DNA from: Lama guanicoe
Taxonomy: Eukaryota
Length of the DNA: 64,000 nucleotides
Assembly (NCBI GenBank): GCA_013239625.1
Contig: MU056050.1
Span: 1,722,084 to 1,786,083, forward strand
Direction: 5' to 3'
Shown: positions 26,329-37,925 of the stretch, in pieces
Position numbering within the stretch: position 1 is the first letter of the stretch
How the letters are laid out: each line of letters starts with the position of its first letter
Position numbers and translations under genes: made by a program
The notes under the pieces: generated by a model
What the model was told of the DNA's origin: nothing
Databases searched by the model: none
The model's input: only the letters and a program-made list of their open reading frames with translations

Positions 26329-26503
26329 ATGGATCTGTGAGCACAAACCAGCAATTTACAGTATTTCTGAGGTGCACATGCAAAGGTCTAACTTCATAGT
26401 TGTGTCCCACTGGGTTGTGAGGAGGCAGAGAAGAGGAAGTTGGAATGAGTTCACCTCGAGATTATACAAGATGTTACAGGAATCCAACCTCTGCTAAAAG
26501 AAA
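26329..26503 (+). pseudogene. Relic exon: myosin PL..EQA...RD.LAK.LY..LF region
   Basis: Polypyrimidine tract with mutated acceptor (cAA), donor GTgaat. PLGCEEAEKR (26407-26436), then shifted frame EFTSRLYKML (26447-26476). Confidence 0.65.
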
Positions 26504-26859
26504 GTGAATGCTTAAATAAAGATATGGGTTTAAATACCTGTTCCAGCTGTAAAAGTTTCACTTTCTTGCATGTAAAATGTGACAATAATCCCTACCTCAC
26601 ATGGCTGATGTGAAGATTCACAGTAGATTCTCAATGAACATTCCTTCATTCATCCTTCCAGCATAGGATGTCACAAAGGATAGGATGGAGAGAAATTCCA
26701 GGGACCTAGGGCTGACTCTTTCCAGACTGGAGGTTGTTAATGTGCCACTGTTTAAAATAGAGGGGTGGGGGGCTTTCAACAATAAAGGAGACATGGCTGG
26801 TTTGTGCAAGACGTGATGAGGAAATTCTTCCCAGGAATACTATGGGGACATGAAAGCGG

Positions 26860-27395
26860 CAACCATTACATAATGTATAACTGGAATCTAATTATGAGAA
26901 AACATCAGCAAACCCAAATAGATGCACATTATACAATGTAACTGGCCTGTACTCTTAAAAAATATCAAGGTCAAGAAGACAAGGACTGAGGAACTGTTCC
27001 AAATTAAAGCAGTCTAAAGAGACATGACAACTAAATGCAGCGTCTGATCTTGGAAAGGATCCTGCACTGGACAAAATAACTACAAAGACACTGTTGAAGT
27101 TACTGACAAAATTTGATTATGGACTCCAAATTAGATAATAGAATTTTATCCAAATTCAATTTCCTGATTCTTATAATTATACTGCAGTTATATAAAATAA
27201 TGTGTTCTTAAGAAATATATACCACAACATTTATAGGTAAAAGGGAACAATGTCTACAATGTAGTCTCAAATATGAGAGAGAGAAGATGGGAAAGTAAAT
27301 AGGGAAAAATGTAAATTAATTGGTCAATATGATTGAAGTATGAATCACTGCAACTTTTTCTACATTTGAAATTAAATAAAATTTTAAAAATTTAA
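26860..27395 (+). mobile_element. L1MC-type 3' end within an antisense L2 (about 26640-27760)
   Basis: ctaaagagacatgacaactaaatgcag..tgatcttgga; flanks resemble antisense L2. Confidence 0.7.
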
Positions 27396-27979
27396 AAATG
27401 GGGTGCGAGACAAAAAAAAGACAGTATGGAGCTGTGATAAAGGGTATGTAACAGGTGCACCTGATGTCTTGGGTGAAAGAAAAGGTCATAGAAGACTTAA
27501 CAGGAACTGACATCTAAGGTGTGATATGAAGGATGGGTCATTTTTTTAGGTGAGGTGGTGTGATGAAGGGAATATGTTACAAGGAGAGCAGCATATATGT
27601 AGACCTGGAGGCAAGTAGGAGAAGCATGACAGATTTGAGTAACTGAATACACAAAGCGAGTGGGCAGTGGTGATCAATGAGCCTGGAAATATGGGCTGGA
27701 TCCAGATCATAGTGGGCCTTCTGGGGAATAAATATTTGGGAGGAGGCTTGGAAAAACTTATAGGACCTAAGGGAAAGTTTTTGTCTTTGGTTTTCTGGCA
27801 AAGGCTTTTCAAGACATTTTCTGGCTGTGGACTTTTTGTGGGGATGGGAAGAAGTTTTCTTGAGGTTATTTATGGATACAATTGACTAAGAAAAGAGGGT
27901 AGGGAGAAGATCCCAAACATTGCTTCACATAGAAATTCTAAATTTTTGGAAGTGTTCTGCGACATAGCACAGCACCGTA

Positions 27980-29200
27980 TCACCACTGATAGCAGGCATT
28001 GTTTTCAAGACAAAGCTCTGTTCTGATCAGGAGCCCCCCTGACAATAAGCCTCCAGGAGAAGCACTCTCCTACCCTGCTGGGCCAGATACTCCCCTCTCC
28101 TACCCAGACATACCAGGCAGCTAGGCAGCACTAGCAGGGGGACTCCTGCTATAACACCCAGCTGGGAAGTTGTCTTTGTCCAAATGGACCAGAGAACTCC
28201 TTCTAGAACTGAAAAACACTGGACAGCTGGGTGGCACTGGCAGAGGGAATCCCACCATAACAAGTGGTCTAGCCCATGAAGACTATCACCCACCAGGTGT
28301 ACACACCAGGGAAGTTTTCTTCATCCCTGCAGGCTGGAGACTCCATTCACTCACCAAGAGAGGCACTTTCTGTGCTATCAGGCAGTAAGATCAGGGATCA
28401 GTGTGAACCCCAGTGACATCAGACCAAACAAATCAAAATAGCATTACAAATTCTCAGAAAATTAAATTGTCACAAAAGTAGGCTAAGATTTGCATGCTAA
28501 ACTTAAGCAGAGTGACTGCCTGCTACAATAAAAACAGAAAATAGTACCCAGAGTCTTCTAACATAATGGTTAAAATATTCAGGATGCAATAGAAAATGAC
28601 CCCTCATCCCAAGAACCAGGAAAATCACAAATTGAGTGAGAAAAGAATATGAATTAATATCAACACCAAGATGAAACAAATGCTGGAATTATCTGGCAAG
28701 GATTTTAAAGCAACCATCACAAAAATGTTTCAACAAGCAATTACAAATTCTTTTGAAACAAATGTCAAAATAAAAAAAAAATCATCTCATCAAACAAATG
28801 GATTTTTAAATGGAAATTATACCAAAAAAAGGGGAAAATACAGTAACTGAAATAAACTCATTGGATTGGCTCAATAGTAGAGTGAAGGTGATCCAGGATA
28901 AAATCATTGAGTTTGTAGTCAGAATTTATCCAATCTGAACAGAGAGGAAACAGACTGATAAACAATGAAGAGATCTTCAGGGATCTGATGGACAATGACA
29001 AAAGATTCAAATTTCCTGCTATCAGAGTTCCAGAAGGAGAGGAAAGAGTGGAAATGAAAGACTATTTGAAGAAATAAATGGCTGGAAACTTTCTGAATTT
29101 GGCCTTCAGATTCAAGAAGCTAAATGAATCTTGAACAAAATAAATCCAAAGAAGTCCATTTAAAAAACTTAAAAAGCAATGACACAATGTGATTATAAAC
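27980..29200 (+). mobile_element. Old L1 5'/ORF1 fragment
   Basis: gctggaattatctggcaaggattttaaagca...cagagttccagaaggagagga; resembles 10500-11150. Confidence 0.7.
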
Positions 29201-29536
29201 ATCAAGTGATATTCTGCTTTTCTGTTATGACACAATAAGGAGTAGTGGGGACTGTGGTGGACTGGAGAGTACACATCTGTCACCTATAGCGGCAACTCCT
29301 GTTCAGCCCCAGCTAGTTATACAGGTGGAAATTCAGACCTGATTTTTTTGTGTGTGAAATTTTAAGTGTAAGCACCTAATTATTTTATTTACATTTTATG
29401 TCAGTATGCCAGTTTTGTAGCAAGAGGAAGTAGTGACTTTGGAACAAGACCTGAGTTTGAATCCTTACTCTACGGTACAATCTTAGGCAAATTCATAAAC
29501 CCTGAGCCTCTGGGTCCTCATCTATAAAATATTTTA

Positions 29537-29949
29537 GTAAAGAGTCTAAGCCATTTAAAAATGTTTTAATGTGGACAGCTTTTAAGCCTCACCCTTCCCT
29601 CTCCCACTCTGTCCCACATCTGGGAAAGCTAGTAAGAAAGCCAAGGTGCTCCCTCCTTTGGTGCCCATAGAAGGTTCACATCATGCAAGCCTCTGCCTCT
29701 GAGTAGAAACCTTCACAGGAACCCACTCCTGAACGCAATAAAAATCCCAAGTCAGTCTCCTTTCCCCACTCTCTCAAGAGATTTTTCAAACCAGCTTGGG
29801 AAGCCTGCCTTTCTGTCCCCAGAAGCCTCATTATTTAACTAATAAACCTTTTAATGACCTCTTGGTGTATGTATGTGTCATTATCAGCCTCTATATCTAG
29901 ACAAAATTTGGGGTCAGGTTCTACCCTGTATCTGTAGGCTGCCACAACA
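29537..29949 (+). mobile_element. ERVL-class solo LTR nested in a MIR
   Basis: AATAAA near 29841, ends ...caaca; MIR halves at about 29410-29535 and 29950-30060. Confidence 0.65.
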
Positions 29950-30110
29950 AATAGAAATTATAATATTTACCCTGTAAAGTTCCTGGAAAGAGTAAATAAT
30001 GTCTGAAAAATCCCCTGGCCACAATACATGCTCAACAAATAGCAATTACCATAGTGACAAGTATTAATGACTAGAAGTTTCCCGAGGCCCTTTCTTTTCT
30101 TCAATAACAG

Positions 30111-30181
30111 GCAAGCATTCCTATGGCTCCGAGGCCTAGGGACTGTATAGAAGCGAGACGGGCCACTAGGGATTATAACTG
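30111..30181 (+). pseudogene. Relic exon: switch-2 position (GVLDIAG equivalent)
   Basis: Strong acceptor tttcttttcttcaataacAG, donor G|GTATGG. Ends DGPLGIIT(G) and joins in phase to the next exon (G-YNS). Confidence 0.55.
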
Positions 30182-30279
30182 GTATGGCTTCCTTGCAAAC
30201 CTTTTGATATGTTCCCAGTTAATGTCCTCAAACTTGCTCTGGTAAACTCATTCAGAATATCTAAAGAAATTATGAAACA

Positions 30280-30760
30280 AAACTGACCCACAGATGGGTT
30301 TTGTTTGGCCCACACAGTGTTTTTTAAAATATTTTTAAATTAGCTGCCAATATTTTAAAATCAGGAGATGTCATATAAAAATCTGATTTTCTAATTCTCT
30401 TGAAAATTTGGAAGACCTGTCATCACTGTATACATATTCCTACTTGTTAAATAGTAGCTGCCACTTTTAAGTGGAGTGTGAGCTCTCCATTCCACTTGAA
30501 TCCCCCCATTCCATATCTGGAAATGATATGATTGCTAAGGTCCAATGTCAAATGCCATTTGTATTTATAGTTTAACTGTTGATTTTTCTAATAATTGAGA
30601 ATTATTTTTCTACATCAGTTTATATACCAAAAGTAGGAAATTAAAGATAAGAGCAAGAGGGTAACATTTTTCAAGAAAAATAGAAAAGCCATTAAACCCA
30701 GCCTGCTATACTCAATGATATAATCTTCCTGGCCCCCATAACCACCACGAGGATGTCTGT
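30280..30760. mobile_element. hAT-Charlie relic (MER102-like)
   Basis: tttgtttggcccacacagtgtttt...aaatcaggagatgtcatataaaaatctg. Confidence 0.6.
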
Positions 30761-30952
30761 TTTATTCCTTCATTTACAAATAAAGATCCCCAGATTTATT
30801 GAGGAAGATGTACAAAGTTTTAATTCTCTATTGCATATTGAGATTTCAGGAGGTACTTGTAAGCTAAATGGTTAGTAGAGCCAATGATTTTGTTTGTTTG
30901 TTTTTTAATGAGTTATCAGAGAAGCTCAAGGTTATTTCCTATGTATGATTAG

Positions 30953-31065
30953 GCTATAATTCAAACAGATGATCCGATGGGCATCAGTGATATGAAAGTT
31001 TCCTTCAATATGTATTTAATTACTGTACACATCAACTGTTTTGAGATGCCTCAAAAGGATGAAAT
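30953..31065 (+). pseudogene. Relic exon: relay helix (NSFEQLCINY.NEKLQQ.FN..F..EQ equivalent)
   Basis: AG at 30951-30952, GTaaat at 31066. Frameshifted pieces YNS / FKQMI / YESFLQYVFNY / CFEMPQKDE. Confidence 0.6.
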
Positions 31066-31178
31066 GTAAATTCTTTTCATTATTCTTTGGACACTTGATT
31101 TATGGTTTAATTTTACTTAATCCATTACTCAACACCTAAACATATATTCGCTATATTTTACTGTTTCATTTTGGACAG

Positions 31179-31375
31179 AAGGAAGTTTCATATAAAAAAT
31201 GGAAAATTTTAGATTCTTAGATTTCTGATCCAAGGGATATAACTTTCCAGGTGCTGCAGGAAAGCTCCAAGGCAAGACTTGTCTGAAATATGACTTCCAA
31301 CAGCCTGCTATGATGGATGGAATTCTGCCTCCCAGTCTTTCTTTCAGATTAAAACATAGAAGTTACCTACAAAAT
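31179..31375 (+). pseudogene. Relic exon: EGI.W..IDF ... GILSLLDEEC..P..SD equivalent
   Basis: tttcattttggacAG ... GTaaac; IRKFHIK / KWKILDS ... NSLL*WMEFCLPVFLSD. Confidence 0.55.
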
Positions 31376-31569
31376 GTAAACCTAACTTTAGGAATCAATG
31401 GGTACCCTTTCAGAATAATACATCTTAAATTGATATGACCTAGAACCTGTTGGATAGCAATTTTTGATGTGGATTGTGGGCAGAGCCAAAAAATGAGATT
31501 TTAAATCTAGAATTCTACAGTTAAGTAAAACCATAAAAGTCATCTAGTCCAGCTTCTTTCCAAATGCAG

Positions 31570-32177
31570 TTGCTGCTGGAGAGTAGGTTCTTGTCACAGG
31601 AAGAATTCAGAGATGAGACACAGAGGTCAAGAAAGTAAAGTGAGGATTTATTAAGTGATAGGTTACTCTCAAAGGGAGGGCAGGCAGGTTTAGATGAGTA
31701 GCTACACTGAGTTTCTTTGGCAAGTTGGTTACAAAGAGTGTAAAAATGAATGAGTGGAGTATTCATTGCAGAGGGAGAGGTTTGGGGTTGTATTCCTTGA
31801 TTTCCATTCCAGCTCCGCCTTCCCAAGGTGGGGAGGGATATCTGTCTTTATTTAGTCATTATCAGAAGTGTCATAGTGTCATAGCATGATGGGTACTTCT
31901 AATCTGCAAGGCTAATTTTACTGTAAGGATGGCATAATTAGCAAAAGGTTACATTCTGATGCCAGAGATTCCTATCTTTTCCCTTGTTTCTTTGTCTGCC
32001 TGCAGGACACTTACTACCTCAAAATGTGTGGTTTCCTATCAGTCCAGAGGTTCCTGCTTTTCTTTGTCTATCCAAGGACCCATTGTTCTACCCATTGTTC
32101 ACAAGAAGTGTGGTTTCCTGCCATTTGTCCGTGCCTCAATTTCTCTGCTCATATCTAGCTATCTGCCTGCTCTAACA
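31570..32177 (-). mobile_element. ERV solo LTR inserted in an antisense L3/MIR3-like relic
   Basis: Ends tctaaca (TGTTAGA start on the minus strand); tttatt near 31647 gives AATAAA on the minus strand. Confidence 0.7.
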
Positions 32178-32460
32178 CAGGTATTTTGTCCTCTATAGCA
32201 TACCTAAAATGGGGCCAACAAAGCCTCCACACACTGTTTCAACACCTCCAGTGCAGAAAGCCTGCTGCTTCAAGAAATATTCCCATTCCATTGTTTTCAA
32301 CTCTAATCATCAGGGTTTTTTTTCCCCCCTCTATTGAGGTAAAATACAGTTCTGTCTATGTTCCATTCACTGACTATTTCAAAATTTTGGAAAACAACAA
32401 CAAAAAAACCAAGCCTCATTTAAAATAATTTCCATATGAGAGTTTACTCCTATGTTTTTA

Positions 32461-32922
32461 TTTCTTATTTTATCTTCTTATTGTAGTTGATTTACAACAT
32501 TATATTAGTTTCAGAGCAGAGTAATTTGATATTTTATAGGTTATACTCCATACAAAGTAATTATAAAATATTGACTATATTCCCTGTGCTGTACATTACA
32601 TCCCCATAACTTATTTCTTTCAAACTTAGTAGTCTGTAACTCTTAATCCCCTTTTCCTACTTTGACATTCCCTTTACCCTCTCCCCTCTGGTAACCACTA
32701 GTTTGTTCTCTGTTATATGTGAGTCTGTTTATGTTTTAATTATTTGTTTATTAATTTTATATATTCCACATATAAGTGCAAAAATACACTATTTGTCTTT
32801 CTCCATCTGATTTATTTCACTAAGCATTATACCTTCCAGGTCCACCCATGTTGTTACAAATGGCAAAATTTCACTTGTGGCTAAGTAATATTCCATTTAT
32901 ATGTATATATATGTATATGTAC

Positions 32923-32955
<33 letters not shown>

Positions 32956-33360
32956 TACACACATACATACATGATATTAAGTTGTATGAGTTCTTTATTC
33001 TGGATATTAATCAATTATTGGACATATCATTTGCAAATATCTTCTCCCATTTAGTAGGTTGCCTTTTTGTTTTGTTGAAGGTTTCCTTTGCTGTGTGAAA
33101 GCTTCTAAGTCAATAAGTGGTATTGGGAAAACCGGACAGTTACATATAAAAGAATGAAACTAGAACATTTTCTTACGTAATATATAAAACTAAACTCAAA
33201 ATGTATTAAAGACCTAAATTATAAGACCTGAAAGCATAAAACTCCTAGAAGAAAACATAGTCAGTATACTCTTTGACACTGGTCTTACCAATAGTTTTTT
33301 TGGATCGGTCTCCTCAGGCAAGGGAAACAAAAGCAAAAATAAACAAGTGGGACGTAATAA
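32461..33360 (-). mobile_element. L1 with 5' inversion (twin priming) and internal deletion
   Basis: Minus segment to about 33110, plus segment 33111-33360; TSD tactcctatgttttta (32445-32460) / tattcctgtgttttta (33361-33376). Confidence 0.85.
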
Positions 33361-33785
33361 TATTCCTGTGTTTTTAAATAAGCATGACATTAAACTGACT
33401 AGAAGTAGCCAGAGTCATATTTGTACCCCTCCCCCATTTTCCTTATGATTAAGTTTCAAAGTATAGAAAGATACCTTTTCGCAATGAGCTTCTTAGAGAA
33501 TAGAATGAGTCAAGTGCAAGTCAAATAATCAGGCGATCAAAGGAGGAAAAAATTCAGTAGTTTGAAATCCTAGGCTATTAACAGTTTTTGATTCTTGACT
33601 GGGTTACAAGTGGCGATAATTATTTCTTCATGAACAAATCTGAGATTGAGCAAGACTGCTGAGATTAAGAAATGGGAAATTGCTTACAGCAATCATTATT
33701 TCATCATGATTAACCAAAAACTAATGGGTTTGGTTTTTAAGTAGCACTTAGGTTTTTCTGTTGTAATTTCCTACTTAATTATAAG

Positions 33786-33944
33786 GATTAGTGTGAAAGC
33801 ATACCTATGAGTTATGGCTTCAGCCTACTGAAAATGCTTACATATATCCATATACTGAGATCTCTGAGCTTGCCATGAAACATCCTGCCAAGAGCTGCTG
33901 ACAACATTTTCCAATAGACCTCTCCGGGTCATGCCACCAATTAC
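33786..33944 (+). pseudogene. Relic exon: V.Y...WL.KN.DPL region
   Basis: AG at 33784-33785, GT at 33945; KHTYELWLQPTENAYIYPYTEISELAMKHPAKSC*QHFPIDL. Weak similarity, correct position in the motif order. Confidence 0.4.
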
Positions 33945-34350
33945 GTGCTTTGCATAAATCTCATGTTGCTTAAACCTTCTGGATAATCAGAATAAAATGA
34001 CAAATCTGTTTCCATTAATTAAATGTATTATCAAAACATTGCACTAGGAATGCAATATATTTTGTCTTTTTCTTTTACTAGACACAAGGTAAAAGAATTA
34101 AAAGGAGGGAATTGGCATGTGGGAATGAATTTCCCCACTGAGTGATTTTAAATAAGTCAATCTTTAGACTCAATTTTCATTTACTGTGTGAACACATTAT
34201 TATTGACAAAAAGAGATAAATGACAATTATACACACACCCCAAACTATTTTCAGTGACAAAATTTTCAAATTTGTCAATGAGTATTATAAACAATTTTTA
34301 TATCTACCTGTATAATAATCTGTGAAGTCATTAATGTCTGATTTCTACAG

Positions 34351-34436
34351 AAGGATTTACCAAAGATTAATTCATTAGCAAGGAATAACAAATCAATTGG
34401 GATTTGATGAGAAGGATAGCTGACTCTTGTGCTTGG
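34351..34436 (+). pseudogene. Relic exon: L..LM..L..T..HFVRCI.PN equivalent
   Basis: tctgatttctacAG ... GG|GTacat; KDLPKINSLARNN and shifted frame NWDLMRRIADS. Confidence 0.45.
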
Positions 34437-35937
34437 GTACATTTCTTATACTTCTCGTATGAATGGTATTTGTTTTCAGTTATAAGTCATCTTCTGCTTT
34501 ATAACCTTTAAAAACATAAGCTTACCAAATGAACACAAGCCTAATTTACTGGCCTTCTCCTAGAAGATTTTTTTATACACAGGTTGAATTGAAATGGCAA
34601 TATTTAGCTCAGATAAAAGCTGTAGGCTAACCATAGCTAAATGATTTCCGGATATCAAAAGACCAGGTCCTAGACTTAGACTTAGCTGGAGTGGGTGACC
34701 ATGGACAGGTATTTCAAACTTTCTAGATCCCTTCAGTTCACCAGTTTTAAAATGATTTAAGAGTCTTTAAGGTTCCTTCCAATTTGAATACTTACTCAAG
34801 ATCTTTACCCTAGGTATTGAACATACCTGGTCACTAACTAATGTCTAGCTTATGTTCCGTAATTGTTAGCAAATCAGTTTTGACTGTACTAACTAATCTT
34901 TGAAACGCCTAACCAAACAGCTTTTAAAACCAGCAACTAACTATAAATTTATTTTATCAGCTTTTTGGGCCTTAGAAAAAGTACCATTTGGGGTTACATC
35001 TATATAACAAAATTGAAACAATTTGGTTGTAAAAGAAGGAAAGAATGGAGCACTTTAAAGATAATCAAACTATTTTTAAAGAAGATTAAAGTTACAACCA
35101 AATTAAGATAATCATCCTCACCCCTGAATCTCCTTAGGGTTATACTCCTAAATTTGCTGTCCTATTGGTTGGTTAGTGGCTGGAATTGATAGATAGGTGT
35201 GGCCAATGCCAAAAGGGAAGCTTTCTATAAACAGAATTACTGGCTTTGAAAACAGAGCTATTAACCTTAAGCATCTTTAATTGCCCACCAATTAAGAATA
35301 AGCACCCTTAAGCTCCCAGTGATTAACCTTTATTACCCCAAGTTGCTCCCATAGGCTTGCCTACTTACTTAAAGACAAAACAGCAGAATGACAGACTTTA
35401 ATAGTGTTAACATTGTCATAGTGTATTTTGGTTCCATTGATGTAAAACAAAATTTATTGCCCTTAGAAATGTGTTGATCGCAACAGTGAGTAAAAATGTC
35501 CTAAGATATCCGAAATGTTTGAGTCAGGGTTCTGGGCAAAACTAGCTTTAGAGGAAATAGTCTCTTGGCTGGTATAACAAGAAAAGCAATAGACTAAAAG
35601 CCAAGAGACCTAGATTTTAGATCCAATTCAGTATGAGGAAGATGAATAAGGAGTCACTGAAATTCTGGACTGTTGTATTAGATAATCCCTAATGTCCTCT
35701 TGAGCTGTAATCGTCTATGAGTCTCTGCTTCTGTGATGAGCTAACAGGTACAAGTTCAGACAAGCCATTTTATTTGGGTACAAAATGATGAAGATAGGTA
35801 TGCTTGATTACTCTTCTGATTGCATTTGGACATTAGCCAATTCCAAGAATATAAGTTGAGTGTATATCCCCAGAAGTTAAAGCACAGGACTCTAGCAACA
35901 TAACAGAAAATTTCTAACATTTGTTGTCCTTTTATAG

Positions 35938-36062
35938 GTTTGGATTTATAGATCTAAAACTTTTGAAATAATTTCAACGTAGCTGTACACATGCTATTGA
36001 GGAAGATGCTACCAGGCAGAGATTCGTACCAGAGGAGAAGTTCATGGGCTTCCCATAGAGAA
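35938..36062 (+). pseudogene. Relic exon: SH2/SH1 helices ending GFP.R
   Basis: ttgttgtccttttatAG ... AA|GTAAGG; FGFIDLKLLK*FQRSCTHAIEEDATRQRFVPEEKFMGFP*R (GFP*R at 36047-36061). Confidence 0.65.
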
Positions 36063-36602
36063 GTAAGGAGTAAGGCCTCCCATGGCTGGGGAAAAGACAT
36101 ATGTATCACCAATTATAATACAATGTTCTGCCCAATAATCATTTTTTCTATAATAGAGAAAACATTTTCATAGCAAAGAAAAACCATTTACTAATCACCA
36201 TATTAATAAGAGTAAGTGTTTACAAATTATTATATTGGTAAGAACAGATTTTTAAAAATATTGATTCTGTGCCAGAGGCAGAGTAACTTGAAAGGGCCAT
36301 TTGGGTATAAAAGGGTAAATATGAAATAGGCCTGACAATTAGTAACAGTATAAAAAGGGTGCTAAATTGCTCTGAATGAGACAATGGGGAATGTTGTCTA
36401 TATATTTACTCTTGGGAAGAAAAGGTGAACAGTCTAAAGAGAACAGAGGAAGTAGAAGGAAGAAGACACAAGGTGGGAGGCTGAAGCCTGAGATTATCTG
36501 AAAAAGCTAAGGAATTCTTTAAGAAAAGAGTTATAAGTAACTCAATTTAAAATCCCTTCCAGTTCTGAAATGAGACACCCCTTCATCCCTACAATCCTCC
36601 AG

Positions 36603-36759
36603 AAAATTTTGCTACAAAGGCAATATCTGAGCATTGTCTGGATGGAAATCAAGGAAAAGGAACTGAGCTTCAAATCTGAGCCAGCGTGGAGCTGGCTTAA
36701 GAAAGACATGGAAGATAAAGAGTGGAGAACAAAATCTAGACAGAAGCCAGAAATCAGAG
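36603..36759 (+). pseudogene. Relic exon: converter subdomain
   Basis: Acceptor at 36601-36602. ORF-track frame LQRQYLSIV...LKKDMEDKEWRTKSRQKPEIRG; compare F.QRY.IL...D..EWQ.GKTKVFIR.G. The donor reads GC. Confidence 0.6.
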
Positions 36760-37071
36760 GCAAAAATACCAGAGAAACTGTCATTATTTTTTTCTATCCA
36801 AGTATCCCTTCTCAGATGCTGGTACCCTAACCTTACCTTAATTTGAGGAAATTGACTCTCCCCAATTTCTCGTGGTACTTTTGATTTAGTCACATTATCC
36901 CACCTCACTCCACATGACCACAGGGGTGGTCTGTGACCCTGGCTGGGTCAGTCACAATTTCACTTTCTCGGTCTATCGGTTCTGATCCAAGAGGTGGCCC
37001 ACATAGCACTAGTTAGAGAACTTCCTTTAATTAAGAAATCTCAGATGGCAGAACTAACCTTACCTAGAAAT

Positions 37072-37925
37072 TATTTTTATTGTGGTAAAATATAAATAAC
37101 ATATAATTTACCATTTTAACCACCTTTGAGTGTACATTTCAGTGGAATTAAGTACATTCATATTGTTGTGGAACCATCACCACCAGCCCTCTCCAGAACT
37201 TGTTTCATCATCCCAGACTGAAACTCCATACCTATTAAACAATAAGCTTCATCCTCCCTCCACCCAGACCGTGGTAACCACTAGTCTACTTTCTGTCTCT
37301 GAATTTTACTACTCTAGGTACCTCATATACATGGAATCATACAATATTTGTCCTTTTGTGTCTGGCCTATTTCAGTCAGCAAAACGTTTTCAAGATTCAT
37401 CCATGCTGAAGCATATAACAGAATTCTTTATTTTTCACCATGGTAAATATACATAACATAAAATTTACCATTTTAACCATTTTAAGTGTACAGTTCAGAA
37501 ACATTAAATACATTTGCATTGTTGTGCAATCATCAACACCATCAATCTCCAGAAAATGTTCATCTTCCCAAACAGAAATCCCTATTAAAAAATAACCCTC
37601 CTTTTCCTACCCCCAACCTAGCAACAATCATATTTACTGCCTCTATGAATCTGACTACTGTAGGTATCTCATATAAGAAAAATCATGCAATGTTTGCTCT
37701 TTCATGACTAGCTTATTTCACTTAGTATAATGTCTTCAAGGCTCATCCATGTTGCAGCATGTATCAAAATCTCCTTCTTTTTTAAAGCTAAATAAAATTC
37801 CATTACATGTATACATTACTTTTTGTTTATCCATTCATCCATCAATGGACACTTAAATTGTTTCCATCTTTTAGCTATTGTGAATAATGCTGCTATGAAT
37901 GAACATGGGTGTGAAAATATCTGAG
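37072..37925 (-). mobile_element. Two adjacent L1MB-type 3' ends
   Basis: ggtaaaatata.ataacat..aatttaccattttaacca repeated at about 37080 and 37440. Confidence 0.8.

Noticed and set aside
33600..33715. Possible exon for the F.I.HYAG motif (AYSNHYF)
   Set aside because: Right position in the motif order, but the similarity and splice signals are too weak to call.
72..36759. Assigning a specific symbol (MYO6, MYO18, MYO5, MYH)
   Set aside because: Different segments resemble different classes and the exon boundaries fit none that I recall; a phylogenetic analysis is needed.
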